Assembly: GCA_977017645.1 (NCBI GenBank)
Contig: OZ360236.1
Coordinates: 24,490,001 to 24,554,000, forward strand
Origin: Torpedo marmorata
Taxonomy: Eukaryota
Length of the DNA: 64,000 nucleotides
Direction: 5' to 3'
This document shows, in pieces, positions 1 through 12,523 of the stretch. Every line of letters begins with the position of its first letter. The stretch's first letter is position 1. Made by a program: the position numbers and the translations under genes. The notes beneath the pieces are model-generated. The model was not told the origin of the DNA and ran no database searches. It saw only the letters and a list, made by a program, of their open reading frames with translations.

Positions 1-270
1 GTAGGCCATTTAGAACGGAGTTGAGGAAAAACTTTTTCACCCAGAGAGTTGTGGATCTGTGGAATGCTCTGCCTCAGAAGGCAGTGGAGGCCAATTCTCT
101 GGATGCTAACAAGAAAGAGTTAGATAGAGCTCTTAAATATAGCGGAGTCAATGGATATGGGGAGAAGGCAGGAATGGGGTACTGATAGTGGATGATCAGC
201 CATGATCACAGTGAATGGTGGTGCTGGCTCGAAGGGCTGAATGGCCTACTCCTGCACCTATTGTCTATTG
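1..270 (+). mobile_element. CR1-clade LINE 3' end (HER1-like), truncated by window start
   Basis: Typical CR1 ORF2 C-terminus (FRTELRKNFFTQRVVDLWNALPQKAVEA) followed by 3'UTR 'gaagggctgaatggcctactcctgcacctattgtctattg' tail. Confidence 0.85.
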
Positions 271-762
271 GTATCAGGCCCTCCCTTGCCTCCCAAAATT
301 GTCTTATCCTTTAGTTTTGGTGGCTGTGAAAGCTCATTGAAGGGTGCTTGTGGGCATTTCCTGCATTGTTCCTTATTTGCATTCTCTTTTTCAGTCAAGT
401 CAAACCAGAGTTGAGCAGGGGGTTTATTTTTAAACAAATACTAATACCTGACTGTCATAACATGCGTGAGACCTGCGATCTAATTGAAAAACAGAATCTG
501 ATTTATCCATATCAAACTTTAATTAACGTCTGGTTAAAGTAAGAGTAATTGGTTTAATGATTTACACAATACTTTCCTGCCTCTGGTTTCATGTCTGTTT
601 ACAGAATAACGGGATGAAACGACCCACTCAGTTGATTGCACAGCGTGGAGTGAATTTGGGAAATCTTAATTTGTTTTCTAATGGGTGATGACTCTCACAC
701 TTGGAAAGATTGCAGCATTACAAGCAATGGAAGAGAGAAACGAAACGCCAATCCTTTGTTTA

Positions 763-1249
763 GGGCGGCACGGTTGGCGTAGTGGTTAGCGCAACGACTT
801 TACAGCGTCAGCAATCGGGACCGGACAGGGGTTCGAGTCCCACGCTAAGGAGTTTGTACATTCTCCCCGTGTCTGCGTGGGTTTTCTCTGGGGGGCTCTG
901 GTTTCCTCCCACAGATCAAAAACATACTGGGGGTGTAGGTTAATGGGGTGTAAAGGAAAAGGTTCCATTATTGTCATGTAATACTACATTTAGAATGTAG
1001 CATACATAATTCTTTTATTTTTGTCTACCGTAAGGCAGAGGGTCGCTACTTTGTCCAGCGCCCCTCACAGAAACCTACAGAACCTGGTATTCCTCCAAGT
1101 CTCCCCTCCGAGTACTGACCAGTCCTGTGCCTGCTTAGCTTCCGAGATCAGACAATCCCAGTCGTATTCAGGCTATTGGTGCTGTTGGGTGGCACGGACT
1201 CGTGGGCCGAAATGGCCTGTTACCGTGCTGTATGTCTAAATTTAAAATT
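763..1249 (+). mobile_element. tRNA-derived V-SINE (HE1-like), interrupted by a 5S-derived SINE at ~952-1186
   Basis: tRNA-like head (ggcgtagtggttagc...ggttcgagtccc), V-domain 'gtgtctgcgtgggttttctc...ggtttcctcccac', tail 'ggcctgttaccgtgctgtatgtctaaattt'; many copies in the window. Confidence 0.85.
952..1186 (-). mobile_element. 5S rRNA-derived SINE (SINE3-like), copy 1
   Basis: 1071-1186 is the reverse complement of a diverged 5S rRNA (ctgatctcggaagctaagcagg...agtact..gagac..ggaataccagg) joined to a ~120-bp non-5S tail; near-identical copy at 58435-58683. Confidence 0.8.
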
Positions 1250-2453
1250 TACACCGACTATTGACAGAGAAGCAGTCAGCTTTCCTGAACCAGAGCTGGA
1301 ATTTCCTCCTTTAACTTTTATGTCAACTTCCACCATTTTTGACACTCCTTAAATCAGCCTCTTTCACCCGTCCTAATTTCCTGTTTTGACCCATCAACAT
1401 TCCTAACCCTCCCTTTTGGCTGGGTGTCAGTTTGTGTGCAAACTTCTCAAAGGACTTCGATGTCTTACTACTCTGAACACTTCATGTACATAGATTGTCG
1501 GAATGCAATTGTTGAGTGGGAAGAGGAAGAATATTTGTCTGTTCACAACTGCTGTGCCTGCCCTGAGAATGCTTGATGTAATCAAATGCAAAGAAACAGA
1601 TCCTCTGACACAACCATCTGATCAATAAGCTTTCTTCTTCACAAAGAGCACTTTAAGTACAGGACATCAGGGCTGTGTGGGGGAGGGGAGGAGGAGTGAC
1701 TTCATTTCCATTGAAACCTTGGATTTTTTTTGTTCTCTTTTATTGGTGAGTCTGTCCCAGAGTATAAACACTGCTTTTTCAACAGAGGAAGTACTGTCTT
1801 CAAACACCAATGCCTACCAAACACAGATGTGGTGTTAAGTTTCCCTCTAATTCCATCTCTGCCGAAATGAATATCTGCTAATTATGTTTTTTCTGGAGAT
1901 GAAAGTGAGGGGAACACCCTCCAAACTCTTGAAGATAATGTGTGAAAAAATTCATCTTTCAAATAGCAGTCTGTTTGATGGCTAAATTTCAAAGGTGTAT
2001 GACTATTCATTATGGTACACTTTATTTCTAAAGTAGTTAAGATTGCGATGGACAATTAAAGTTTCTTTAGCCTTTCCTTTTGATTTGGTGCATTTAAATC
2101 TAAGTGTGCTGCCCTTGCTCGATGTGTAGACATGGATGGATAAATAACTGAGAAAATGCCTAGGGCAGGATGTTGCAAGGAAGTTTTTTTTTCTTGCCGA
2201 GTTTCATCAAAGAGGTGATTTGTTTTGGCTGGATTTTCCCTTCTGATTGGCAGCCAAGGCAAGCCATCAGATTTGTCCAGTTAACAAAAAAAACCCCACT
2301 AAATTTGCTTTTACATTTCAGTTTGGATTCCAAGAGTTGATTTCCATTGCTTCTGCTGTTAAATCAATTTTTTGGTTGTCCTACAGCCTTGGGGACCCTG
2401 CTTCGACCCGAGTCTGCTGTGGAAAACAGGTTCAGCAGCAAGTACTGGAAAAT

Positions 2454-2656
2454 AAGAAGTAAAACACGAAAGTCTGCAGTCACCGTGGTTGAAGTAAAAA
2501 CACAATGCTGGAGAAACTCAGCAGGTAAAACAGTGTACTTTATATAGCAAGGATACCTTGAAGGGCTCAAGCCCGAAACATTGGTTATGTATCTTTATCT
2601 TTGCTATATAAAGTACACTGTTTGACCAGCTGAGTTTCTCCAGCATTGTGTTTTTA
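2454..2656. mobile_element. Fold-back non-autonomous Penelope-end element
   Basis: Inverted arms match the 3' terminus of the PLE at 18086; 15-bp TSD CAAGTACTGGAAAAT at 2439-2453 and 2657-2671. Confidence 0.85.
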
Positions 2657-3948
2657 CAAGTACTGGAAAATGATCCTTAGAAACTAAATGAAAGAAACAA
2701 CATCAACAGATCCCAAGAAGTCAATATTTCCCTCCCCACCCCCCCCCCCCCTTTCCAGTCGCGTGTGTGTATTATTTGCTATAGTGTAAAAAAAAATTCA
2801 TGGCTTCCAAGTTTCAAATGTAATTTCTTCTAACATCTACAATGTGCTTCTGTTGGATTTTAAACATTAAATGCTCAGACTTACAGCAGTCATAGCAATG
2901 GAATTGTACATTACTAAATTGTGAAAGACTGCTGAATATTCAAGCAAAATCTTTTCAAAAGATTAGTGACACTGGTCACTTTGGGGGGGGGGGGAAATAG
3001 AGCAGAAGGAAGGATTCCTTTTAGTAAATTATTTTGAAACTGCAAATTGCGTGAGGCCATGTCCTTGAACTATGTGACCACAAGTCTGTAGTTCTGAGCT
3101 CTGGGTTGCTTGCATATTTAGACCCCAGTCTTTTAGTCAGTTGTGACTCATCTTTCCTTCTCTAATTGTGCCAGAGATTTCTTGCATCTGCCTACCCCAG
3201 TCATTGCCACCCTCCCCCCACGACTGAGTACGCTTTGTGTAACACATTAAGTTGCTCAGTCCGCATTTTAAGGGCCATAATGGCAATTCCTTCAGCACTG
3301 GTTTCAAGTTACACAACCTGATCAGTGTGTAGCATGCACCCTTGTAATCACGTGGTCTGGGAGAGGCAAACTGCTTTCACATCGCTGCCTGTTTACAAGG
3401 GCTTTGTCTAGGTTACAGCAAGCAGAAGGATTCGGGCAGGAAAGATTTGGGTTTTCCCAGATCAAAATTTAAGGTAAAGTTTCAAAGAAAAAAAAATTTT
3501 AAATATCTGCATCCTTAAACCTTACAACTCCATTGTGAATGGAGATTTCTAATCTCAGTAATCCTACGTAAAACATGCTGACACGGAGTTGTTCTGATCA
3601 GCTCCATCAGCAAATAAAGCTGTGACAACTAATAAGGAGTGCTGCACTAGCCATAGTGAACCGGCAGAGAATACAAATCAGAAGGGCAAGGGAGGATACA
3701 GGGAATCCGATTTATAAAGCGTACAAGGGGACAAAATGGACAGCAGATGCTGGAATCTGGAACAAAAAAAAAACTGCTGGAAGAACTCGGCGGATCCGGC
3801 AACAACTGTCGAAGGAAAAAGGCTGGTCAACGTTTCAGCTCGAGATCCTGTATTGGGATGAAAAAACTGCACTTCCTTGAAGGGCTAGTGTCAGTTTGAA
3901 CTTGAATACAGCAGATCTATGCACAGCAAGCAATTAGAAACTCAATGG

Positions 3949-4706
3949 AGTAAAACACGAAAGTCTGCAGACACCGTGATTGAAGTACAATGCTGGAGAA
4001 ACTCAGTAGGTCAGACAGTGTACTTTTTATAGCAAAGATAAAGATACATAACCATCGTTTCAGGCTTTCAAGGTATGAAGAAAATGTAGGCAGGCGCCTG
4101 AACACTTTCAATACGTACACAGTGTGTCTGAATCATTAAAATTTTAAATTTAGACATACAGCACAGTAACAGGCCCTTTTGGCCCACATGTCCGTGCCGC
4201 CCAATTTACACCAACTAACCTACAACCCCCAGTACGTTTCAAACGGTGGGAGGAACCCGGAGCTCCTGGGGAAAACCCACGCAGACAGGGGGAGAACATA
4301 CAAACTCCTTACAGGCAGCGCGGGATTCGAACCCAAGTCCCGATCGCTGGCGCTGTAACGGTGTTGCGCTAACCGCTACGCCAACCGTGCCACCTCATTA
4401 AGGCACCAGTGGATTTTTTTTTCATTTGTATATACTGGATCTTTACTACTGAGCTCAGAAATTGTAACTTTATATTGTGGTTCTGTTAGAGGAAAATTGT
4501 AAGATTAAATTTACAACTTTAAATTACTGCTTAGATTATGATATAGCAATGTGACATTAGCTCTGAGATATTCATTTGTAACTTGAATAGAGCAGGTGGG
4601 CACCTGCCTACATTTTGTCCATACCTTGCTGAAGGGCTCAAGCCCGAAACGTTGGTTATGTATCTCTTTCTTTGACCTGCGGAGTTTCTCCAACATTGTG
4701 TTTTTG
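3949..4706. mobile_element. Fold-back Penelope-end element carrying a copy of the TGIF 3'UTR and a nested V-SINE
   Basis: Left arm ~3949-4103 and right arm ~4598-4706 are inverted PLE termini; 12-bp TSD GAAACTCAATGG at 3937-3948 and 4707-4718; interior matches 6310-6538. Confidence 0.85.
4140..4394 (-). mobile_element. V-SINE (HE1-like), full length
   Basis: Reverse complement of the 763 family; 7-bp TSD TCATTAA at 4133-4139 and 4395-4401. Confidence 0.9.
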
Positions 4707-4929
4707 GAAACTCAATGGGTTGGTTAGTCTTCTGTCGTTAAACCAAAAAGCTGCAAAGCAGTAAGTGAAGCTTTTGAATCGGAAACACTGGGGCAGAAAA
4801 GTGTATGTTTCTGACTGTTCAGAGGATATCTTTGTGAAAAGAAATCCTGAGCATTGTACAAACTTGCATTGTGCTGGTAGATTCTGTGATTGAGGATTAT
4901 CTGACATTTCCAAATGACAAAGTTGCAGG

Positions 4930-5065
4930 AGACACACAAGAGACTGCAGATGCTGGAATCTTGAGCAAAATAAAAGCAATCTGCTTGGAGGAACTCTTGA
5001 TGAAGTGTTCAGACCTGAAACATTAACATTCTTTTTCTCCCACTGTTCTTCCAGCAGATTTCTTT
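4930..5065. mobile_element. Older Penelope-end-derived short element
   Basis: 'ctgcagatgctggaatc...ttgatgaagtgttcagacctgaaacatt...ttccagcagatt'; same architecture as the younger copies but diverged. Confidence 0.55.
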
Positions 5066-5177
5066 TTGGTAACATTGAAGTTTTGCATTGTATTTTTTTT
5101 TTTTTTATTTTTTTTTAAAGTCACACAGCAATAAACTTAGTGCACTGATTAACTCTGTCTTTGCTTTCAAACACAAG

Positions 5178-5705
5178 GTTTCCAACTGGTTCATCAACGC
5201 AAGGAGGAGACTTTTGCCCGATATGCTGCTGAAAGATGGCAAAGACCCCCATCAGTTCACAATTTCTCGGAAGAGCAAGTCCTCTGAACTGACGTCGTCA
5301 CGAAGAGCAGGTGGACCAAACCTACTGGAGAATTCTGGTGCAGCCACCAGCTCCACTCTCTTACCTGCTGCATCTGTTAGGCCTTCTGTCATTTGTCACG
5401 CAACAACCTCGATGGTTAAGGACATGCCTTTACTCTTCTGCCCAGACTCTGGAAACAACAGTAAGAAAACCTCAAAACTAACCGACCAAAAGTTAGTTCA
5501 ACCTCTGTTCAACACTGATAACCCCACCGCCTTGGTGATGTGCACAGGTTCAACAAGTCCTAACAATGGACTGTTCAACACACCTCCACCCACTCCACCA
5601 GAGCTCCACCAGGACTTCAGTGGGTTTCAGTTGCTGGTGGATGTTGCACTGCAGCAAGCTGCTGAACTGGAATCTCAGAAACAGAATATCAAGGTGTCAT
5701 CTTAA
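5178..5705 (+). CDS. TGIF2: TGIF-family TALE homeobox protein, last coding exon (helix 3 plus C-terminal corepressor region)
   Basis: AG acceptor at 5176-5177; [31 protein letters not shown] and [35 protein letters not shown] are TGIF hallmarks; TAA at 5703-5705. The TGIF2 label rests on linkage to DLGAP4; several residues look TGIF1-like. Confidence 0.8.
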   Translation, partial: VSNWFINARRRLLPDMLLKDGKDPHQFTISRKSKSSELTSSRRAGGPNLLENSGAATSSTLLPAASVRPSVICHATTSMVKDMPLLFCPDSGNNSKKTSKLTDQKLVQPLFNTDNPTALVMCTGSTSPNNGLFNTPPPTPPELHQDFSGFQLLVDVALQQAAELESQKQNIKVSS

Positions 5706-7290
5706 ACACATAGGCAGAGAACATTGGTGAATGGGAGTAGAAATGTAGATATCGGAGAAATCTTGTCAGTTGGTTCTAGTCTGTGGATGGGCATTGATGT
5801 GTTGCTTAATAGTTGTAAAATCCATTTTGGACAAATAACTATTAGAATGCATTTCTCTGATTGGAGATCTTAAAATCTGCCCAATTGAATTAAATTTCTC
5901 ATGGGTGAACGGTTGATTGTAGACCCCCGGAATTGAAGGGTTGCAATAATTATTTCCTTAGTATTCTCAGAGCCTCCTTTGTAGCTTTGCACTCTGCAGC
6001 CTGTAGATTCTGGGATTTCAACATAGTAAGCATTATTAGTATTCTGTATTTTTGACTGCAGATATAAACGAGCTGTAGTTGTGCTTCAAGGAACAGCAGT
6101 TTACCCGAATCTTAGATGTTTCATGTTGATTGACCAGTGTGGTCACTGTTCAGGTTTTAAGATTTGGGATAAAGGCTTTTTTTCCCCCTCGGAACACAGC
6201 AGTCGTTAATGCAGATGTAGTGAGAATAGAACAAAAGGGGCAGCACTGAGCTGACCCATTGTTATGTGGATCGCAAGGACTGGAAATTCTTTGGCACGTA
6301 ATTAAATCCTCAATTCGTGCACAATGTGTCGGAATCATTAAGACACCAGTAGAATATTTTTTCATTTGTATATAATGGATCTTTACTACTGAGCTCAGAA
6401 ATTGTAACTTTAAATTGTGGTTCTGTTAGAGGAAAATTGTAAGATTAAAATTACAACTTCCTTTAAATTACTGCTTAGATGATGATATAGCAATGTGACA
6501 TTAGCTCTGAGATATTCATTTGTAACTTTTGAATACAGAACTGTTAAGGTAAACATTTGTTTGTTAGTTCTTTGTGAATGTAGTTATCTTTTGATTTTTT
6601 TTAATGTAGTACATTGTTAAAGGTGATGTGAGACTTTTTATAACAATAGTCCAAAAATCATCTACATGGTAATCTGGGATTCAAATAAATTAATTTTTCA
6701 GATTCTAAAATGTCACACACCATAGTTACAAAATAAATTGTATTGTGAGAAAGTCTTATATATATAAAAAAAAATAGTGATTTTAATATCCAAGTCACTC
6801 AAACTATGACCCTTACAGACCAAAATACTACAAGTCTCCAGTGTGTGGCAGTGGTTCATAATAAATTTGGAATTGTTTTACAAACAAACTGCATGGAAAA
6901 GCCTTTTGCCGGCAGACCATTTACTTTTGATGTGGGAACTGCAAATATTTGCTTCATACACCAGTCCTCTACTGTAAATTGTATACAGGCCTAAACTGTA
7001 TAACTGTGGTTTTACAAAGTAGCTTTACATAAATGCTATTTGTGTCAGAAACTTTGAAAATTTTTGTTCAGTGTTAATGCAAAAAACGAGGCTTTGCAGA
7101 TCATGTAGATAAGGTGAGATAATGCAAATGTGCCTTATGATGGTGGTGTGTTTTTGTTATTTGAAGGGACCACCCAACTTGTCTAGTCTTCACTTTCAAT
7201 CTGTGCAATATTTAAAGGAGTTCTTTCACTCCATTCTTTGTCTTACAGGAACATTGATCACATCTGTGAATTTTTTTTAAATACCACTCT

Positions 7291-7296
7291 AATAAA
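7291..7296 (+). promoter_or_regulatory. Candidate TGIF polyadenylation signal AATAAA
   Basis: Ends a repeat-free AU-rich ~1.6-kb stretch after the stop codon and is followed by GT/T-rich sequence; alternative AATAAA near 6685 and 6732. Confidence 0.5.
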
Positions 7297-8312
7297 GATT
7301 TGACATTTGACCATTGCGTTTTGTAATCATTGGTGACAAAATTCATATTTTAACATGCTCTGTAATTTCTTGAACTATGAACACCGATTATGATATGCAG
7401 AATTCGAGCTGCTGCCACCAGACCTGTTTAGTGAATGGGTGGCACTTCATACCAATTAAAAAAAAAACAAGTGAGGTGTCACTTTAATGCTTCTTCTTCC
7501 CCACCGATCACCAAACACACTTTCCAAATTTATGCTCGAAGCAACATGATCAGAATGACCCATTTTTGAATGGGTTCTTCTTGGCAATTAGCTTCAGTGA
7601 GTCAGAAGACTAGATCTCGAGGTCACAGCCTACCTTTTCAGCTACACCCATTGAGAACGGACAATACCAGTAATGGCAACAGTATAAAAGCAGTAATATT
7701 TCCCAAATCTACAGCAACCACCAGTTTAAAAAGTGAAAAATGTTTTTCTTGTATACATGTTGTGCAGTGAGGGTAAATTTGAGGTTTTTTTTTCTTATTG
7801 CACTGGTTACTTACAGATTCAGTACCACATGATAGCTGCCCAGCCTTTCCACTTCATAGAAATCCATCAGAGGACTCAAACGTCCACAAAATAACAATGG
7901 AAAATTCATTCCTGCTATTGTGAACTGAAATTTTACAGAAGACATGATTTCAGAAAATCCATTTTACTCACACTTTTAAAACATTAAAACAAATCTTTGA
8001 GGACGCTGGTCAAAAGGCAGCGGGTTAACAGAGCAGATAATTATTGGGCTCAATTCTTTTGGAAACATTCCACGATAGGGGAATACTTAAATAATTTATC
8101 ACCAATATTTAACTAGAGTACTGCAGAATTTAAGATGGCGACAAATTTTTCTTGCTTATTTTGTGCCTACGTTAGCAACTTGCTCAAATAAGATGTGACA
8201 ATTATAACAAAGCTCTGTTCTTGTTAACTTGACACTTTGCAGCACTGAGTAGAAAAATAAAACACTCCAGAGATTTCAATTTTTAAAACCAAAAATTGAA
8301 ACAATGAAGTAT

Positions 8313-8820
8313 CACATTTGGAGCACTGTGTACAGTTTTGGGTGCCTTATTTGAGAAAAGGCATTGGGGAGGGTTCAGAGAGGATTTACTAGAATGATAC
8401 CAGGAATGAAAGGGTTAGCATATGAGGAACGATTGTCAGTTCTTGGACTGTACTCGTTGGAGTACAGAAGGATGAGGGGGAACCTCAGAGGCATTTCTAA
8501 TGTTGAAAGGCCTGGACAGAGTTGATGTGACAAGGATGTTTCTCATGGTAGGGGATTCTAGGACAAAAGGGCGTCAATTTAAAACATGCAGAAAAATTTA
8601 TTTTGTCAGAGGGTCGTGAATCTGGAACTTTGCCACGGGTGGCTGTGGAAGCGAGGTCGTTGGGTGTATTTACAGCAGAGATTGACAGGTATTTGATTAA
8701 TCAGGGCATCAAGGGTTACGGGGAGAAAGCCGGGGAGTGGGAGGATGGATCAGCTCGTGATTAGAATGGCGCGGCAGACTTGGGCCAATTGGCCTACTTC
8801 TGCTCCTATATCTTGTGATT
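8313..8820 (+). mobile_element. CR1 LINE 3' fragment
   Basis: Degenerate HLEHCVQFW..VQRGFTRMIPGMKGLAYEERL motif and CR1 3' tail 'ggcctacttctgctcctata'. Confidence 0.8.
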
Positions 8821-10265
8821 CTGGTGTTTTTGGAGTCCTATTAAGCCATAAATAAAAAAAATTATTTCAAAGGAATGATCCAGTGGTTAGTGACAGGGAA
8901 GGAGGCAACAAAAGTGAACCCAAGACTTGTAAACCACAAGCGTTTCACATTTCAGTCTTTTGCACATCAGGCTTTTATTATAATGTGATTATAGAAGTGT
9001 TTTATCATAATCTTTCTCTCCTCCTCCCACCATTCCAGCAGCTGAAATATGATTATCTGGATTCCTGGTGCAGCTGTCACTTAGCTAATGCGTACACTTG
9101 ATGGAGCAAGAGACAGTGTGTCGGTAGGCTCAGGCTAATCTAGGAGTGATGTAATAGCAGCGGCTAGCATTTAAATCATAGGGCAGATGTTTATATTTTT
9201 AATCCTATTGCAGGAAGTAATGACTGAGGCAACAAATTGCTTTAGAGTTTCAAAATGAGGCCAAGCTGAAGAAAAGATTCCCGAACCTGTCGTTAAGCCT
9301 GCCTCTGTTGAACCTGATGAAAGAGGTGATTTCATGACAGTTTTATAGACTGATGAATAAAGAACAGGTACAAGACCTGAATCACCCAGGGTCTTTTGAT
9401 CAACAAACATTACTGGCGAATTTAGAAATGAGACACTACATCATATTCAGGAAGTGTAGCAATTTTCAATCGGACTTTTCCAGCAGTTGAATCCAAGGAC
9501 AAGTCCTTCAGTGATGTTGCAAAACTCTTCCCCTCATATGAATTTAATGCATGTGATTCCTTGTCTGCTAATTTACTTTCTCCCTGCCAACATTCCTTTG
9601 TCAAAGTAGCTCTCATCGAGCTGGTTTTCAGGCAAGGCCATCTGATTTTTCAGCCGACCCTTCCAAAATGCAAATCAAACCATGAAAGGGCAATTATTCA
9701 AATCACTCAGGCTATTACCACACTCGGTGGAAGCACATGTTGAGAAATTGCAAGCTTATTTCCCATATCATTCCATTTAAGGAAAGTTCCCACATCATTC
9801 CATTCATTATTTCAAGGAATGTCATGTTTAGGGAAATGAGTTTTATATAACATCTTGAGTATTGTCCCAAAGCACGTCATGGCTAACGGAATGGCATCAG
9901 AAGTTTTGGCAATGTTAGAAACAATGTGCACACAGTAAGCTCCCAGGTACAATAATGTGACAATACCAACTAATATGTTTTGAATGAAATTGGTTGTTGA
10001 CCAGGACTTCAAGAGTAAATTCATCGGATTGTTCAAAAAAGTACCATATGATCCTTTACATCTGCCTTGGAGAGCAGATGGTACTATGGTTTGACACGTT
10101 CATTGATGTACCACTCCTGTGGTAATGTAGTTGAGCTTTAAGTTCAGAGCCATGGAATATTTCCTATTGATGTTGTGCAACCTGCTGAGTTTCTCCAGCA
10201 CTTTTGTGTATTGCACGACAGAAATTCTTTTGTCTTGGTGTGCTATTCTGTATGCTGGGTAAAAT

Positions 10266-10370
10266 GTGCCGGTTTCCTCCCACCCTTCAAAACGTATTGG
10301 GGTTGTAGCGCAATTGGGCGGCGTGGGCCGGAAGGGCCTGTTACCGTGCTGTATGTCTAAATTTTTTTTA
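10266..10370 (+). mobile_element. V-SINE 3' half
   Basis: 'ccggtttcctcccacccttcaaaacg...ggcctgttaccgtgctgtatgtctaaa'. Confidence 0.75.
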
Positions 10371-11357
10371 AATGAAATTAACTCATGGATCTGCTCTTTT
10401 GTGTCAAGCATCATTATTTTTAACATGACCCACAGCCAAAACACCTCAACTGTCACCAGCACCGAAACAGGCTCTTCAACCAAACTCGTCCAAGCCAACC
10501 AAGTTGCCTACCTGAACTAGACCCATTTGCCTGCGTGTTAAAGTGGACCTTAGGTGTTCCAAAGCAAACACGAATACAGCTGCAGAAACAAACTTTTCAT
10601 CACTTTGCAAAGCGTAAAAACTCTGTCACAGCAAGAGACATAGCCACGAGCTGCTAGCTTACTACAAAGGAGACTAGCCTCGTGGCTTACAAAAACTTAA
10701 GTTATAGTTTCTTATCTCTAGTTTTTGGAACATTCGAATGGGCTGCTCCATACAAGTACCCATTCCTTAAAATTCTCTTGGGATTTGTCAATTAGTCTCA
10801 CACCACTGAACCAAATAAGGAGCTTCTTATCAGCTCCCAAGCTGATAACAGAGAAAAGAATGCAGCCTAAAATGCAACCCATCCCCTTTTCCCTTCCAGT
10901 CACCATTTTGAAACTTCCAGTTACCATTTTAAACTTGCATTTTATTTTATTCTAAAATCTACTTTCTCATGCGTGTGACTCTTTCCTATCCATGTAGCTG
11001 TCTAAATGTCTCTTAATCTTTCTAACTGTATCCTCCTCCACCACTCCCACTGGCACTTCATTCCAACTCAACTGTGTCCAGAACTTGAGTACTTTCATAT
11101 CGGAATCAAATCACTAATCAGCACATTTTTTAGCTGCAGCACCAAACCCATCTCCAGCATAAGCTTAATGACTGTTCATGATTTTAAAATTAGTATTTAA
11201 TGTTGTTTCAATTATGGAATCACAGAATGGTGCCGCACAGAAGGAACACTGATCCCAACATGCTCATGACGGTTCTTTGTCACAAATCTTCACCCTTCTG
11301 CATACCTTTGGCATAATCCTTTCAAATATTTACCCAATTCCCTTTGGAAAATTCAAT

Positions 11358-11590
11358 TTAAATTCAATTTAAATTTAGACATACAGCACGGTAACAGGCC
11401 CTTCTGGCCCGTGACACCCAAATACCCGAATTGACCAACAACCTCCATTCGTTTTGAAGGGTGGGAGGAAACCGGAGCCCCCAGAGGAAACACACGCAGA
11501 CACGGGGAGAACATACAAACTCCTTATAGACAGTGCCGGATTCGAACCCGGGTTGCTGGCGGTGTAATAGTGCTGTGATAACCGCTACAC
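11358..11590 (-). mobile_element. V-SINE (HE1-like)
   Basis: 'aaatttagacatacagcacggtaacaggcc...ggattcgaacccggg'. Confidence 0.85.
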
Positions 11591-12523
11591 TTCTCGAGAC
11601 TGCTTCCATCACTTTTTTAGGTGGTGCCTTCCCAATATCAAAAATACACTATGCAAAAAAAAAAGCATCTTCATCTGGTTGCTGAAAAGGTTTGCCCTGA
11701 TTTATTCTATCAAAAGCCTTCATGGTTTTGAATACTTTTCTTAAATCTCCACTTGATCTTCTCTCCTCCACTGCTGAAACCCTGCTTCAGGATTGACCTG
11801 CCGAGTTCCTCCAGCAGTTTATTTTTTTGCCCTTGATTCCAGTATCTGCAGTTATTTGTGTCTCCAACAACTATGGCATTTCCAATTACAACTATGAGTC
11901 ATTCCTGGCATCATCTTAGTAACTCTGCTCCCAAACCAAGACCTCGACAAAACTGAACGCAAAACTTCAGCTGAACTTTATGAATTTTTCAGGGTTGATC
12001 AATAACTTTATTTTTATAATTGTCTGTTAACAAAGCAAACAAACAGTAGGCTTTTCTCCTCTCTGCCCATCTTCCAATAAAAGCCTTCTCAACTTTTCTT
12101 GCTTCCTGCAAAGGTTTGTTTACAAACATTCTAATATCTCTCTGCAGTGCAGAAAAGAAGTGCCTGAGAAACGCAGCAGGTCATGCAACTTCCATCGGAA
12201 GTAAAAGGCAGTCGACGCTTTGAGCCTGAACCCTTTGTCAGGATTTACCTCCCAGATCTCTCTGTTCTTGCACCTACTTCTAAATTGCACGGTTGGTTTA
12301 TTGTTACCGCTCTTCATTGTTACTACCAAAATGCAACCGTTCACAATTCTCTGCTATGCACTTTGCAGCTCAGTCTTTTCTCCTTCCAAACTCAAATTCA
12401 CCTTCCGACTTGCAATTTCTCAAGCTGGCATCCTCAAGGTGTTGCATCAACACACCATGGGAACTACTGATCAAATTCTCTCTTTTTAATCGGAATCTCA
12501 ACATTTTCTCTTTATCTGACTCC

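Noticed and set aside
763-845. tRNA gene
   Set aside because: It is the tRNA-derived head of a multi-copy V-SINE and lacks an intact cloverleaf
1071-1186. Functional 5S rRNA gene
   Set aside because: Diverged 5' end, not in a tandem array, fused to a retroposon tail and nested in a SINE; better explained as a SINE3-type element (same for 58568-58683)
5088-5177. N-terminal part of the 205-aa ORF
   Set aside because: Intronic poly-T read-through upstream of the splice acceptor at 5176-5177
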